Positions 1 to 11,110 of a stretch of 64,000 nucleotides of DNA are shown in pieces. Each line of letters starts with the position of its first letter. Within the stretch, counting starts at the first letter, position 1. The stretch spans positions 1 through 64,000 of IMG/VR virus record IMGVR_UViG_3300028833_006001, one strand, 5' to 3'. Both the position numbers and the translations under genes were made by a program. Below the pieces are notes generated by a model. The model had not been told where the DNA came from and did not search any database. It saw only the letters and a program-made list of their open reading frames with translations. The stretch is from a virus (lineage: Duplodnaviria > Heunggongvirae > Uroviricota > Caudoviricetes).

Positions 1-252
1 TTAATCATTACTTGATGTATTATCATCATTTTCTTCATCATCATAGTCTACTTCTACTGTTGAAAATTTACTATTTTCATCAAGACCAGCAATATTCATA
101 AATTCCTTAGTTTCTTTTGCTTTTCTACCATCAACATTATTAAGCATAGCTCCATCAGGAATAAGCCAAGCTAACTTTTCAGAATCAGTTATCTTTTCAA
201 CATCAAAAGTAAGACCAGTTACTTTTGTAAATAATTCTTGTTTTGTAGCCAT
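1..252 (-). CDS. small acidic hypothetical protein (83 aa)
   Basis: Complete ORF with start and stop. The C-terminus is a D/E-rich tail. I recognise no motif. Confidence 0.3.
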   Translation of the reverse strand: MATKQELFTKVTGLTFDVEKITDSEKLAWLIPDGAMLNNVDGRKAKETKEFMNIAGLDENSKFSTVEVDYDDEENDDNTSSND

Positions 253-295
253 TTTATATTATATATTTTTTTACTTTATATATAAAAATAAAACT

Positions 296-1549
296 TTAAA
301 ATAGTTCAAGTTGAACAACATTACTAGCATTAACAAGAGGTATCTTCATTACTTCTAAAAATCTATTAATAGGATCAATAACAGTCTTTTGCCATTGTGT
401 AAGTTTATCCATTTTAGGTGCCCAAGAAGGTAATTCACCAGCAGGAAAACCAAAATATCCTGTATCATTCTTTCCAAGACCAGTTCTTATATTATAATAC
501 TTAATTTTACCAGCATAAAATTTAAGATGATCTTCTCCATTTTTATGTGCTAAATAGTTAAATCTTGCAACAGAATGAACAGATACTGGACATTGTTTTC
601 CAAGAATAAGTTCTGTTGTATCATTTATAACATATTTTTTATAATCACCAGTACCAATACTTTGTGAAATATCTTCTATAGGAGCTTGATAAAATTGTCT
701 TCTATATTCTGATAATTTATCATTAAAGAACATAATATATTCTTCTCTCTTTTCTGGTGTTGAATCATCAAAGTCAAACATAAGACTTTTCATCAAATCA
801 GAAAGAATAGTTCTACAAAGTTTAGGTGTTGTTGATTTAATAATTTCAATACCAGTTCCAGATACTTTTGGTTTTTCATAGAAATTACCTTTACTGAATA
901 CAAGTCCTTTAAGATACTTTTTCTTAGCAAGATAAATACCAGCTTTAGAAATAGTTTCTAGCTCAAATTCATGAATACTATGTCCATGACGAGGTTCATA
1001 TATTTCTTCACACCATTTAGTATTCTGCTTATCAAGAAATTCTTTATTGAATTTAAGAATAAAATCTGTTTTCTTTCTATCAGTATCAAATTTAGCTTGA
1101 CTCTCTGGAGTCATTGCTTGAAATAATGTACCATATGTTGTATAAACAGAATCAGTATCAGAATATATTGAAATTGTTTGTTGACGATACCAATCATGTT
1201 TACTTTCATCAAGTTCAAAACCAAATTGTTCCCACAAATCTTTTCTTTCCCAAAGTGTTTCATGGAAAAAGTTTTCAAGATTTGCCCACATAGTTTTTGT
1301 AAGGTGACGACATTCACCAGTAATATCACCAGCTAATGACAAATTAAAGAAATAAAAATATTGATTAGCAGCAGCACCATAAGCAGCATTACCTAATGCT
1401 TTACATGCCATTTCAAGAAGCCAATACTCTTGACGTAAAATTGTTACTTCTTCTTTAAATGCTTTAAGTTCTTCCAGATTCATTTGATATATATCTTTAT
1501 CTGGAAAATGTTCTTTCATTAATTGAACAATGTCTTCAGAAAAATTCAT
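296..1549 (-). CDS. Family-B DNA polymerase, C-terminal fragment (palm motifs B and C plus thumb); T4 gp43-like
   Basis: Motif B is KALGNAAYGAAAN (K..N..YG). Motif C is SIYSDTDSVY (DTDS). A KKKYLKGL segment and EIIKSTTPK align to T4 gp43 KAKKRYAL and ETQQSSTPK. The ORF begins only about 48 aa before motif B. The N-terminal exonuclease and palm-A half is absent from the adjacent upstream DNA. Confidence 0.88.
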   Translation of the reverse strand: MNFSEDIVQLMKEHFPDKDIYQMNLEELKAFKEEVTILRQEYWLLEMACKALGNAAYGAAANQYFYFFNLSLAGDITGECRHLTKTMWANLENFFHETLWERKDLWEQFGFELDESKHDWYRQQTISIYSDTDSVYTTYGTLFQAMTPESQAKFDTDRKKTDFILKFNKEFLDKQNTKWCEEIYEPRHGHSIHEFELETISKAGIYLAKKKYLKGLVFSKGNFYEKPKVSGTGIEIIKSTTPKLCRTILSDLMKSLMFDFDDSTPEKREEYIMFFNDKLSEYRRQFYQAPIEDISQSIGTGDYKKYVINDTTELILGKQCPVSVHSVARFNYLAHKNGEDHLKFYAGKIKYYNIRTGLGKNDTGYFGFPAGELPSWAPKMDKLTQWQKTVIDPINRFLEVMKIPLVNASNVVQLELF

Positions 1550-1615
1550 CTTTCAAATTTATAGGTTGTATTTGTAATATTAAAATAGAAAAACAAATGA
1601 ATTAAATTCATTGGC

Positions 1616-2557
1616 TTAATAATTCAAATATAAACTATCATAAACAATATCTGTAGGATTAGTATTTACAGACTTTGATCTTAATTTTTTAAAAGATGAA
1701 TGTCCACTATCTACATAAACATGACGAGTATAAAATTCTCTTACATTACATGTTCTATCATCTTTTCCAGAAGTACCATCATAAGATAAAAGTATTTTAA
1801 CATTTTTCTTAGATAACTCTTCTATAACATCATACATATGTTCTGAATTAAATGTATCAGCCATATAATACATACTTCCAGTATTTTCATATGGTGGATC
1901 CATATAAATTAAATCTCCTTCATGAGCATCTTTAATTATATCATCATATGAACCACATATAAATGTTATTTTATCTTTAATAGGTTCAATAACTGAATAC
2001 CAAGAATCTAATACTTTTTCAAGTTCTTCTGGTTTAATACCATATCTTCCACCAACATGAAATGGTGTATTGAATTTACCACTTGGATTATATCTTATAA
2101 GACCATTGAAACATGTTCTAGAAATCCAATAAAGAAGTTTTGCTCTTTCTGGATCATCTTCACTAAGACTATTATATTTTGCTCTATTCTCATAATATAC
2201 TGGTTGAATTAACTTAATATCTTCATTAGTTAATTCTTTAGCATCTTTATAATCAACTTTACTACGAAGTTTATCATAATTTTCAGTATAATAATCTAAT
2301 AGTTCATCTCTATTATTTTTTAATAAATTCCAAATATTCATAAGGTCTTTATTAAGATCTGAACATACAATTTTATTTACTTTAATATTTCCAAGAGCTA
2401 TTTCATTTAATAGTTCATGAAGAACAGAACCACCACCAAGAAATGGTTCATAATATGTATCTATTTCCTTAGGAAATTGATGTACTATATATGGAGCCTG
2501 TTTTCTTTTAGAACCGCTCCATTTTATAAAAGGTTGTTTACTGATATTTACTAACAT
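1616..2557 (-). CDS. dam: DNA N6-adenine methyltransferase (Dam-like, D12 class)
   Basis: IKWSGSKRK and YYEPFLGGGSV form the Dam N-terminal AdoMet motif. The catalytic DPPY is in IYMDPPYENTG. Confidence 0.85.
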   Translation of the reverse strand: MLVNISKQPFIKWSGSKRKQAPYIVHQFPKEIDTYYEPFLGGGSVLHELLNEIALGNIKVNKIVCSDLNKDLMNIWNLLKNNRDELLDYYTENYDKLRSKVDYKDAKELTNEDIKLIQPVYYENRAKYNSLSEDDPERAKLLYWISRTCFNGLIRYNPSGKFNTPFHVGGRYGIKPEELEKVLDSWYSVIEPIKDKITFICGSYDDIIKDAHEGDLIYMDPPYENTGSMYYMADTFNSEHMYDVIEELSKKNVKILLSYDGTSGKDDRTCNVREFYTRHVYVDSGHSSFKKLRSKSVNTNPTDIVYDSLYLNY

Positions 2558-2558
2558 A

Positions 2559-3449
2559 TTATTTAATTAAATCACTTAATTTTATTATCCTTATTTTACA
2601 TATATCATATAATCTTTCATATACTACTTTATTAAGACCTTGATATATTGTATCAAGTAAATCCATATCCATTTTATAATTATTAATTAAGAATTTATTT
2701 AATGCTTCTGCAAAATTATTAATATATTCTTCATCATAATATAAAAATTTCATTAATCTTATTACTGATTTAAAGAATTCTGGATGAGCTTCAATAAATT
2801 CTTTAGAAATATAATCATAAGCATGAAAATCAAACTTCTTTTTTAATACTTCTTCAGCAGCTTCTTTTGTTTTAAATATAAACTGACCATCATAATCAGA
2901 ATATATCTTATCATTCATAATTATGATATATTTATTCGTAATAAAATCAGATAATTTATCATTTAAATAAAGATTTCTAACAGAACGTTGTAATGCATCT
3001 TCAACATTATCATCTGGTGGAGCAAAAGTGAATTTATTTAAATCTCTTTTAATTTCCTCATGTTCATCTTTAGGAAATGCATTCTTATTTACTTCATCAT
3101 CACTTTTACAATTATCATATAACTCTTTAGAATCACCACCAAATGAATATTTCCATTCATCAATAAGTTGATTTACTAAATTACTTTCAAAATATTTATT
3201 GAAGGCATTATATAAATCTTCTATTAATCTATCAACTTCTTCTTTAATATATTCTACTGGCTTTTCTCCTTTAGGTGTAATATCTTTTGGTGTAGACATA
3301 GCAAGAGACAATAAATCTCCTTTTAATTTATCTAATTCATTATTTGCAGAAGTTTCAGCAGATTTTGCTTCATATACTGATTCTATATCAACATTATCAA
3401 AATAAAGAATTGGTTTTCTTAATCTTATTTCTGTACCATTTGAACTCAT
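2559..3449 (-). CDS. hypothetical protein (296 aa)
   Basis: Long ORF tightly coupled (2-nt gap) to the dam stop. No recognisable motif. Confidence 0.4.
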   Translation of the reverse strand: MSSNGTEIRLRKPILYFDNVDIESVYEAKSAETSANNELDKLKGDLLSLAMSTPKDITPKGEKPVEYIKEEVDRLIEDLYNAFNKYFESNLVNQLIDEWKYSFGGDSKELYDNCKSDDEVNKNAFPKDEHEEIKRDLNKFTFAPPDDNVEDALQRSVRNLYLNDKLSDFITNKYIIIMNDKIYSDYDGQFIFKTKEAAEEVLKKKFDFHAYDYISKEFIEAHPEFFKSVIRLMKFLYYDEEYINNFAEALNKFLINNYKMDMDLLDTIYQGLNKVVYERLYDICKIRIIKLSDLIK

Positions 3450-3558
3450 AATATAATGTTTTAAACATAATTATAATTTAATATAGATTAATTATAACTA
3501 AAAAATCAATCTTCTAAAGTTTTATTTTTATATATAATATAGTGTTTTGTAAGGTAAT

Positions 3559-3951
3559 ATGGCTGGTGTAAAAATATCTAAAATGAATAAATATGAACAG
3601 ATGTTTGATGGACAAACTCTTCCAGAAGATATAAAAAATATGATACTTCCAATAAGTTTCGGAAATCAAACAATTAGTATTACTGTAGGAACTTTAATTC
3701 ATTTAATGCAACAACAAGATGATGATCAAGATATTAAAATTGATAATAATACTCAACTTATTCTACAGAATACAGAATTAATTAATTCATTAAGTGATGA
3801 AATTTATCAAAGAATTCAGCAATTACAAGAAGAAGCAGAAGAAAAACACCAACAAATGATTGATGATCAAAATATTATTGATACTGAACAAAATGAACGT
3901 ATTGGTGATATTGAGACAACAAATCTTTGGGAAATATATGGTAAAGACTAA
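3559..3951 (+). CDS. hypothetical protein, first gene of a plus-strand operon
   Basis: ORF followed by four tightly spaced co-directional ORFs. Q/D-rich. Confidence 0.4.
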   Translation: MAGVKISKMNKYEQMFDGQTLPEDIKNMILPISFGNQTISITVGTLIHLMQQQDDDQDIKIDNNTQLILQNTELINSLSDEIYQRIQQLQEEAEEKHQQMIDDQNIIDTEQNERIGDIETTNLWEIYGKD

Positions 3952-3953
3952 TA

Positions 3954-4451
3954 ATGAATAGTAATGTATTTGTAGGTAAAAACAATTCAAAAAAAATATC
4001 TGAATTAAGACCACGAGACATAATAACTATTCATCGTGATCATTCATGGATTCCAGTAGCACAGTTTGATAGTAGAATTAACTCTTATACAAACTTTGCA
4101 ATCAATATATCAGCAATAACAAATTATACTGATTCATATTCATATGAAGCAGCTTCAGCAGTTATGGCTGATTTTTCATATGAATATAAATTAGATGATT
4201 GGGTAAAATTACACAATTTTGGTGAAGCGGAAAATCCTGGATATATAACTAATGAAATGGATTCATTAATTACATATTCAAATATTGCTCAAAATATAGT
4301 AACATATTCATTTTCATATACTGATAAAATTCATGGTTGGCAATATTTATTTGGACACTATGATGTAAAAATTCCAGAAAGACCAGCTTATATTTATACA
4401 GAACTTGAAGAATATATAAATACAGAAGAAGGTAATAGAATTACATTATAA
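3954..4451 (+). CDS. hypothetical protein (165 aa)
   Basis: Translationally coupled to its neighbours (3-nt and 7-nt gaps). Confidence 0.4.
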   Translation: MNSNVFVGKNNSKKISELRPRDIITIHRDHSWIPVAQFDSRINSYTNFAINISAITNYTDSYSYEAASAVMADFSYEYKLDDWVKLHNFGEAENPGYITNEMDSLITYSNIAQNIVTYSFSYTDKIHGWQYLFGHYDVKIPERPAYIYTELEEYINTEEGNRITL

Positions 4452-4457
4452 TAGAAT

Positions 4458-5516
4458 ATGGCAGATGAAATTATAAATAAACTAACGATAGAACAATTAA
4501 AAGAAAATCCTCCTGTAATAGAGAAAAAGTTTATTTTAATTGATTCATCATTATATACTGATGAGGCATATGAATATCTTTTAGAGCTTATAAATGAAAC
4601 AGATTCAATAGCATTTATAAGGGATTTAAAAAAGATATATACTCATGGTGAATATTTTGGTGGAGATATTTGGGAAGAGTCATTATTTTATTTTGGTAAT
4701 TTTCAAATTTTAGATTCTAATGATGAATTAATAACATCAATTGAATCTGAAATAAGAAATGAAACATTAAGATTAAGAGGAATTGAAAATATAAAGATAA
4801 TTCCTTCTGTAGAATGGAAAAATGGTGTTAAATATAAAACAATAACATTTGGATATGATATTAAAAATTCTATACATAAAACACCAGTAACAATAGATGA
4901 TAATACAGCTGAATATAATTTAGATATAAAAGATGGTAAAATATTTATTGATAAATATATACCAATAAGAATAGAAACACCAGAATTACCATTGCTTGAA
5001 TATGATTCAGAAACATCATCATTAGAATTTAATATCAATATATTAGGAAATGATCAAGAAAAAAGAGTTATTATAACTTCTGACCAAGCGGTTATTACTC
5101 TTTCAGATGATTATAAAACAGTATATACAAATATACTTAATCCTAATATAAATGTTGAATATTTAATATTATATAGTGATTCTAAAACACAAGGTGCGAT
5201 AAATATGTATCAAAAATATGGTTTTGGTAATTTTTATTCAACAAATCAAATTTCAAAAGATACATTTAAATCTTGTGATAAATATATATCTGATGACAGT
5301 TGTAAAGGAATATTTACTTTAAATATTGGTGAAGAAGAATATGGTTGGTTCGCTTGTCCAAGTTTCTTAAAACCTAAATTTATTGATAAAGATAATAATA
5401 TTTGTGGTGGTTGGAAAAAAGATTCTTATATATATATTTATTCTATGAATATGGAATATATTGTATATAAAACAGAAAATAGTGGATTAGGATTAACTAC
5501 TTGGGAAGTTATATAA
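4458..5516 (+). CDS. hypothetical protein (352 aa)
   Basis: ORF in an operon context. No motif recognised. Confidence 0.4.
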   Translation: MADEIINKLTIEQLKENPPVIEKKFILIDSSLYTDEAYEYLLELINETDSIAFIRDLKKIYTHGEYFGGDIWEESLFYFGNFQILDSNDELITSIESEIRNETLRLRGIENIKIIPSVEWKNGVKYKTITFGYDIKNSIHKTPVTIDDNTAEYNLDIKDGKIFIDKYIPIRIETPELPLLEYDSETSSLEFNINILGNDQEKRVIITSDQAVITLSDDYKTVYTNILNPNINVEYLILYSDSKTQGAINMYQKYGFGNFYSTNQISKDTFKSCDKYISDDSCKGIFTLNIGEEEYGWFACPSFLKPKFIDKDNNICGGWKKDSYIYIYSMNMEYIVYKTENSGLGLTTWEVI

Positions 5517-5533
5517 GAAATTAATTTGATTAT

Positions 5534-6982
5534 TTGATGGCTAAATTAACTTATAATGAAATATTTACTAATGTAAGAAAATATGATGAGAACGGTGCTT
5601 ATACTGGTCTCCAAATTGCTAGTAAGTTAAATCAAAAGAATGGTCAAGATTATAAACTTATTGATGCTATTGATATTGATTGGAATGGCGCATTCTTAAG
5701 AATTACAGGATCATATATAAATAATACAGAAGATTTATTTGAGTCAATAAATAATATTGCTGATTTATCAGATCTTGAATGGATTAGAGAAAGAATAAAT
5801 ACTTTAACAGAAAATGTTGATACAATATTGTCAACATATGTTACTAAATCAGAATTAGAAGAAATTTTATCACAATATCAAAAACCAATATCTGCTGGTG
5901 AAAATATTACTATTGATGGAAATAATGTAATCAGTACTTATGGTTTAATTACTTCAGAACTTGCAAATGAATTATTTACAAAACAAACAGATTTTGATGA
6001 TTTAGTAAACCTTTTACATGAAGATTATTATACTAAATCAGAAACTGCAGAAGTAGCTGGAGAAATAACAATTGCAACAATAAATGATGTAATTATAAAA
6101 AATGCTGATGAAAGATATAATGATTTAGAAAAAATATCTAATTGGATATTATCTCAACCAGAAAGTATAACAGAAGATTTTGAAATATTTAATAATAGAT
6201 TAAATCGTATTGATGAAGCTCTTGGATATGTTATATATGATTCTGATTTAGATACTTATACATATACAAATGGTCTTTTATATGAAACCCATAATCTTCA
6301 GATTGAAACTGGAGAATTAAATGATAGAATGGTTAATCTAGAAAGTACTGTTGAATTATTTGGTGTAAAAGCAAATCAAGCATATGATACAGCAAATGTA
6401 GCTTATGATATGGCATATGATGCATATATGTCTTCTGCATCATCTACTGAAATGGCATATCAAGCATATGAAATGGCTTATACTTCTGTTATTAAAATTG
6501 GTAATAAGAGTATTAAAGAAAGATATGAAGAATTAACTAAAGAAGATATAGATTTATTAAATGAAAATCCTGATGCTATTCAAGTATATGCTATTCGTGA
6601 AGATAATCAATCAGGTATTCCTCTTCCAGATTTTTATAATCAAGATTCTGGTTTAATATACTATAAATATATTCCTTATGTAGAAGGAACTGGTATTTAT
6701 AAAGAACTTGAAGATACTCAAGAAATTGCATATGAAGCAAAAGATATAGCTATTAATTCTTTATTTAGATTACATACTACAACAAGTGGAACAACATATG
6801 CAGATTTAACATTATCTCCTAATGAAAATGATGGAACAGGACATAGAACAATTAATCTTAATATAGATGAAGCACAAATAAATAAAGATAATGGTGAAAT
6901 TGAACAAGATGGTTTAATTACAACATTTTCATTAGCTAATACTATATCATATATATCTTCATTTGAAATTATTGAAACTTAA
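5534..6982 (+). CDS. hypothetical protein with AYD/AYE heptad-like repeats; possible fibrous or structural protein
   Basis: The segment NQAYDTANVAYDMAYDAYMSSASSTEMAYQAYEMAYTS repeats an xAY(D/E)xA unit. A fibrous fold is inference only. Confidence 0.35.
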   Translation: MMAKLTYNEIFTNVRKYDENGAYTGLQIASKLNQKNGQDYKLIDAIDIDWNGAFLRITGSYINNTEDLFESINNIADLSDLEWIRERINTLTENVDTILSTYVTKSELEEILSQYQKPISAGENITIDGNNVISTYGLITSELANELFTKQTDFDDLVNLLHEDYYTKSETAEVAGEITIATINDVIIKNADERYNDLEKISNWILSQPESITEDFEIFNNRLNRIDEALGYVIYDSDLDTYTYTNGLLYETHNLQIETGELNDRMVNLESTVELFGVKANQAYDTANVAYDMAYDAYMSSASSTEMAYQAYEMAYTSVIKIGNKSIKERYEELTKEDIDLLNENPDAIQVYAIREDNQSGIPLPDFYNQDSGLIYYKYIPYVEGTGIYKELEDTQEIAYEAKDIAINSLFRLHTTTSGTTYADLTLSPNENDGTGHRTINLNIDEAQINKDNGEIEQDGLITTFSLANTISYISSFEIIET

Positions 6983-7070
6983 TTTAATAGTTTTAGAAAA
7001 TATTGGACGATAATAATTTATTTTTAAATATAAAATATAAAAAATACATAATATATAATTTTATAAAAAT

Positions 7071-10000
7071 ATGGCTAATTCAAATGTAAATATTGCTAAT
7101 AAATTATATGCATATATTAAACATGGTGTTGATATATCTCCTGAAATAAAAGAGAGATATAATAGCTCTATGATATTTATTGGTGATGAACAACAGATTT
7201 ATGTACCAGTAATGAATACATATGTTGGCATCGGAATGACAGCATATAATGCAACCATTAATAGAATAGCATCAGTTGAAGACCAGTTAAGAGAACTTGC
7301 TAAAACTTTAGCAACAGACCTTGTTTCTAAGATTTATCCAAACTATTCTTTGAATGAACTTAGTAAAGGTGGAATGATTGAAGGTGGACTTCCAGAAGGT
7401 TTCAGTGATGATTCTTGGGCATTAAATAATGATATCACTATTAAAGGTATTAATGACTACAATCCTGATACACATTATGCTCGTAGAAGAGTTGACGGAG
7501 AAATAATTACTTTAACAAATGCTAATGGTTATACTGCTAATTTAACAAGTAATGGTACAGTTGATATTCCTCCTTATAATCAAGATACTAGTGTAACAAC
7601 ATATGTTAATGCTACTTCTGGTATTACAATTACTCCACATTGGGGAGATAAACAAAGAACAACAAACCCTGTTACAGGTCAGGTTCTTGAAAAACGTACT
7701 GGTAACTATATCACAATTGATGATAAACTTACATGGAGTTACATGACAAGTGCTTATTCATATTCATTAGCATTTGCTCAGAATTATACAGCTTCTGAAA
7801 TTGATAGAGTTTATCATAATCTTCTTGGAGAATCAGAAGTTACTTATAATCCTATTTCATTCAGATCATTTGTTGATGATGTAACATCAGAATTTTCAGC
7901 ATATACAGGAGGTTTAACACCTGAATTTATTAATAAATATAATGAATCTCATTTAGATACATATGTAGTATTACATAAAACTGGAGATACTGTTGATGGT
8001 GTATATCGTCTTGATAAAAAATCAGCATATGTTGCTACATATACTGGAGAAGATGTAACTACTGGTGAATATGCAATAGATAATTACTATGAAGTTACAT
8101 ATTCAGATATTGCTAATGTATTAACTGGTGATGGTGCTGCAATTGGAGGTCCTAATGGATATATTTTATATAATAATTCAGAAGTTACTCCAGTAACAAG
8201 TAATTTCTATCAATTATATGAAAGAAGTGAACAATACAATTCTTCATATAATATGAATATTAAGAATGGTATTGAAACTCTTAAAGAAGTTGCTTATTTA
8301 CTTGATTTATTAACAGATGGACAGCTTGGTTCAGTAACATATTATACATATGCACAAGTAAATGATGAAAATAGTGAATTTAATACAAATTCTCAAATTC
8401 CTAGTACATATGAAACACATTGGATTAATACTGATCCTAATTGGCATCCAAATGATGATGATACTTATGCATATCTTGTAAAAATTTCTGATCCTGAAAA
8501 TCTTGGTATTCAGATTGCTTACTCAATAGCTGGTAATCAGAAACAAATTGATGATTTACATAAACATGCTGAATTATTAGAAAAAGGTGAAACTACTCTT
8601 AGAAGTATTCAAGCAACAAATTCTCAATTTGCTACTGTTTCTTTATATGGTGGAACAACTCATTGGACAGATACAGATACAAATCAAGGTGAATCTAATT
8701 TTGATACTGAAAGTACTAATCATCCAAATCATAGTACATCTAATACAAGACAAGAAAACTCTTATCTTGTTGGTGATGTAAATATTAAAGTTACTTTAGC
8801 AACATCTAAGGTATATGCAACTGTTAATCCTACAAATGAATCAACATTAAATCCAGAATTTACTGATGAAGCTGGTGTTGTATGGTATGGATGCTATACA
8901 GCAGCTGATATGGATAATATTGTACCTAATCCAAGTGATGAAGAATTTGATGATAATGATGTTCTTATAAAAGCAACATATTATGAAAAGGGTAATAATA
9001 ATGTATTTACTCCTATTTCATCTAGTGCTATTGAAGAAGGTAAAACATATGATTCTAGAAATCAATCAGAAAATTTACAATATTATTGGATTCCTAATTC
9101 TAATCTTGCACGTAATGATATTAATCAAAATGCTGTATATACAAAAATTAAAGTTAAAGAATTATTAGCTTTAAATGATCAAGATTCTGTTAAAAATACA
9201 ACAAAAACAAAATCTAGTATCACAGAATTCTTTATATTTAATGAAAATACTAATGAATGGGATAGTTTATGTAGTGCCGATAGTGATCATACTGCTATTT
9301 CTAAACTTATTACATTAGTAAATGAAAATGGTATTGATACTAATGAATATGTAGCATTTATTTCAAAATTTGAAAAAACTGTTATTCATACTGTTGATGA
9401 TGAAAATGTTCTTGCAACAACAGAATGGACAGAAGTTTATGTAAATTCAAAGGTTAGTCAAATTGCTGATGATCTTGAAAATATTCTTGAACAAGCAAAG
9501 AAATATACTGATGATGAAATTGCTAAACTTGATAATGAATATATTTATTCAGACTTTGAAACTTATTGGTCATATTATGTAACAGGATATAATATTTCTC
9601 ATCCTACTACACAATTAGTACAGGGTACTCCTGAATATGGAGAAGCTTATGATAGAGAATATGGTTCATTTGTTACTAATGATTATAATCTTACAAGAAT
9701 TTTTGATGATACTTATACAACATCAAATCCTGGAGAAGTAAATCCTTATAGATTAAGTTATATTACTAATTCTCAATATACATATAATATTATTGAAAAA
9801 GATGGTATTGTAACAGCTGCTTCTAGAGAACTTCCTTCAGATACTCTTAAAGTAAATGCTTATATCTGGGGTTCAGAACAAAGTACTACAAGATTTGAAT
9901 ATGAAGATATTAGTGGTCTTAGTGATAAAGATTCATTATTAGATGCTCTTTATAATTGGAAAGATGCTAATCAAGATAATCAGATATTTGTAAAGATTAA

Positions 10001-11048
10001 TGATGGTAATACATTTGAACCTGTTCCTACAAATACTGATTTAACAGGAATTAATACTAGTGATTATAGAGTAAAACTTGATGATGGTAGTCTTGTACCT
10101 GTTGAAGCACCTTATAATAATGTTCCAGATATTTATGCTAATACAAATGATATTAATTGGAAACCACTTTATAAGAAAGTTCCTAGATATCTTGAATTAA
10201 ATCTTGCTAATGCAATTAATCCTGGAGCAATTGAAACTGATCAAAAGGTTGAAATTAAAGAAAATGTTTTAATTAATAATGTTTTAACTGAAGTAACATT
10301 TACTTTAAGAAAATTTAAATCAGGTAATTATCAAGGTAAGATTCGTGTTATTAGTTCTGTAGAAGGATTAGTTGATACTGATGATGTACTTAAACATATT
10401 TCAGCTAAACCATCAGATTCTACAAAATATTTATCAGTAGAAAATAAGCATTTCTCATATGTAGATAATGGTAATGGTGAAAACCAATTTGAAGTAACTG
10501 CACATATCACAAAAATTGAAGATGCTACACCAACTAATACTGGTTTTGCTGATGCATATGATGTAAGAACATTTATTGAAAATATGTTTAAATGGGTTGA
10601 TATTTCAGCTACAATTTCTCCTGATACAATTAGTCATAGAGATGTATTCTTTAAGAATACTAATCTTGAAGATGTTCCAAGTGGAGCTAAATTATATAGT
10701 AGAAGTGAAGCTAGCAATGTTGTTACATTCGAAGAAGTTAACAAGCCTGCATATGGTTGGTTCTGGCTTGATGATAATAAATTTGCTGGTACTGCAACAG
10801 GCGATAGTTTATACACTAATGATATACCTTCAGGAGTTACTGTTGGTAATCATATTAAGTGTGCTGTTGAAGGCTCTGAAACAACATTCTATCTTGTTAA
10901 GAGATTCTGTGGTAATAATGCTAATCCAGGAGTTGGTGATCCATTCTCAGTATCATATAACTACTATATCAATATTGAAACAGCTAAGACTAATCCTCTT
11001 AATCTTAAAGAAACAAGATATGGTGAACCTGAACAAGCACAACCATAA
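7071..11048 (+). CDS. large Thr/Asn/Tyr-rich protein (1325 aa); putative tail fiber or receptor-binding structural protein
   Basis: 4-kb ORF. Its composition and size are typical of phage fiber proteins. It ends at a strong bidirectional terminator. No catalytic motif. Confidence 0.35.
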   Translation: MANSNVNIANKLYAYIKHGVDISPEIKERYNSSMIFIGDEQQIYVPVMNTYVGIGMTAYNATINRIASVEDQLRELAKTLATDLVSKIYPNYSLNELSKGGMIEGGLPEGFSDDSWALNNDITIKGINDYNPDTHYARRRVDGEIITLTNANGYTANLTSNGTVDIPPYNQDTSVTTYVNATSGITITPHWGDKQRTTNPVTGQVLEKRTGNYITIDDKLTWSYMTSAYSYSLAFAQNYTASEIDRVYHNLLGESEVTYNPISFRSFVDDVTSEFSAYTGGLTPEFINKYNESHLDTYVVLHKTGDTVDGVYRLDKKSAYVATYTGEDVTTGEYAIDNYYEVTYSDIANVLTGDGAAIGGPNGYILYNNSEVTPVTSNFYQLYERSEQYNSSYNMNIKNGIETLKEVAYLLDLLTDGQLGSVTYYTYAQVNDENSEFNTNSQIPSTYETHWINTDPNWHPNDDDTYAYLVKISDPENLGIQIAYSIAGNQKQIDDLHKHAELLEKGETTLRSIQATNSQFATVSLYGGTTHWTDTDTNQGESNFDTESTNHPNHSTSNTRQENSYLVGDVNIKVTLATSKVYATVNPTNESTLNPEFTDEAGVVWYGCYTAADMDNIVPNPSDEEFDDNDVLIKATYYEKGNNNVFTPISSSAIEEGKTYDSRNQSENLQYYWIPNSNLARNDINQNAVYTKIKVKELLALNDQDSVKNTTKTKSSITEFFIFNENTNEWDSLCSADSDHTAISKLITLVNENGIDTNEYVAFISKFEKTVIHTVDDENVLATTEWTEVYVNSKVSQIADDLENILEQAKKYTDDEIAKLDNEYIYSDFETYWSYYVTGYNISHPTTQLVQGTPEYGEAYDREYGSFVTNDYNLTRIFDDTYTTSNPGEVNPYRLSYITNSQYTYNIIEKDGIVTAASRELPSDTLKVNAYIWGSEQSTTRFEYEDISGLSDKDSLLDALYNWKDANQDNQIFVKINDGNTFEPVPTNTDLTGINTSDYRVKLDDGSLVPVEAPYNNVPDIYANTNDINWKPLYKKVPRYLELNLANAINPGAIETDQKVEIKENVLINNVLTEVTFTLRKFKSGNYQGKIRVISSVEGLVDTDDVLKHISAKPSDSTKYLSVENKHFSYVDNGNGENQFEVTAHITKIEDATPTNTGFADAYDVRTFIENMFKWVDISATISPDTISHRDVFFKNTNLEDVPSGAKLYSRSEASNVVTFEEVNKPAYGWFWLDDNKFAGTATGDSLYTNDIPSGVTVGNHIKCAVEGSETTFYLVKRFCGNNANPGVGDPFSVSYNYYINIETAKTNPLNLKETRYGEPEQAQP

Positions 11049-11065
11049 TAAAGTATACATAAATA

Positions 11066-11100
11066 AAAAAGAGAGCTTTTTCAAAAGCTCTCTTTTTTGT
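11066..11100. terminator. bidirectional rho-independent terminator
   Basis: Perfect 12-bp inverted repeat AAGAGAGCTTTT-TC-AAAAGCTCTCTT followed by TTTTTGTT. It sits between a plus-strand and a minus-strand gene that converge here. Confidence 0.8.
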
Positions 11101-11110
11101 TGATTATTTT

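Noticed and set aside
3199-11103. Short plus- or minus-strand ORFs nested in larger genes (3199..3405, 3823..4014, 4703..5038, 8587..8781, 8983..9168, 10576..11103, 10634..10816)
   Set aside because: Low-complexity I/L/K/F-rich shadow ORFs. These are typical of AT-rich DNA on the opposite strand or in an alternative frame of a long confident gene.
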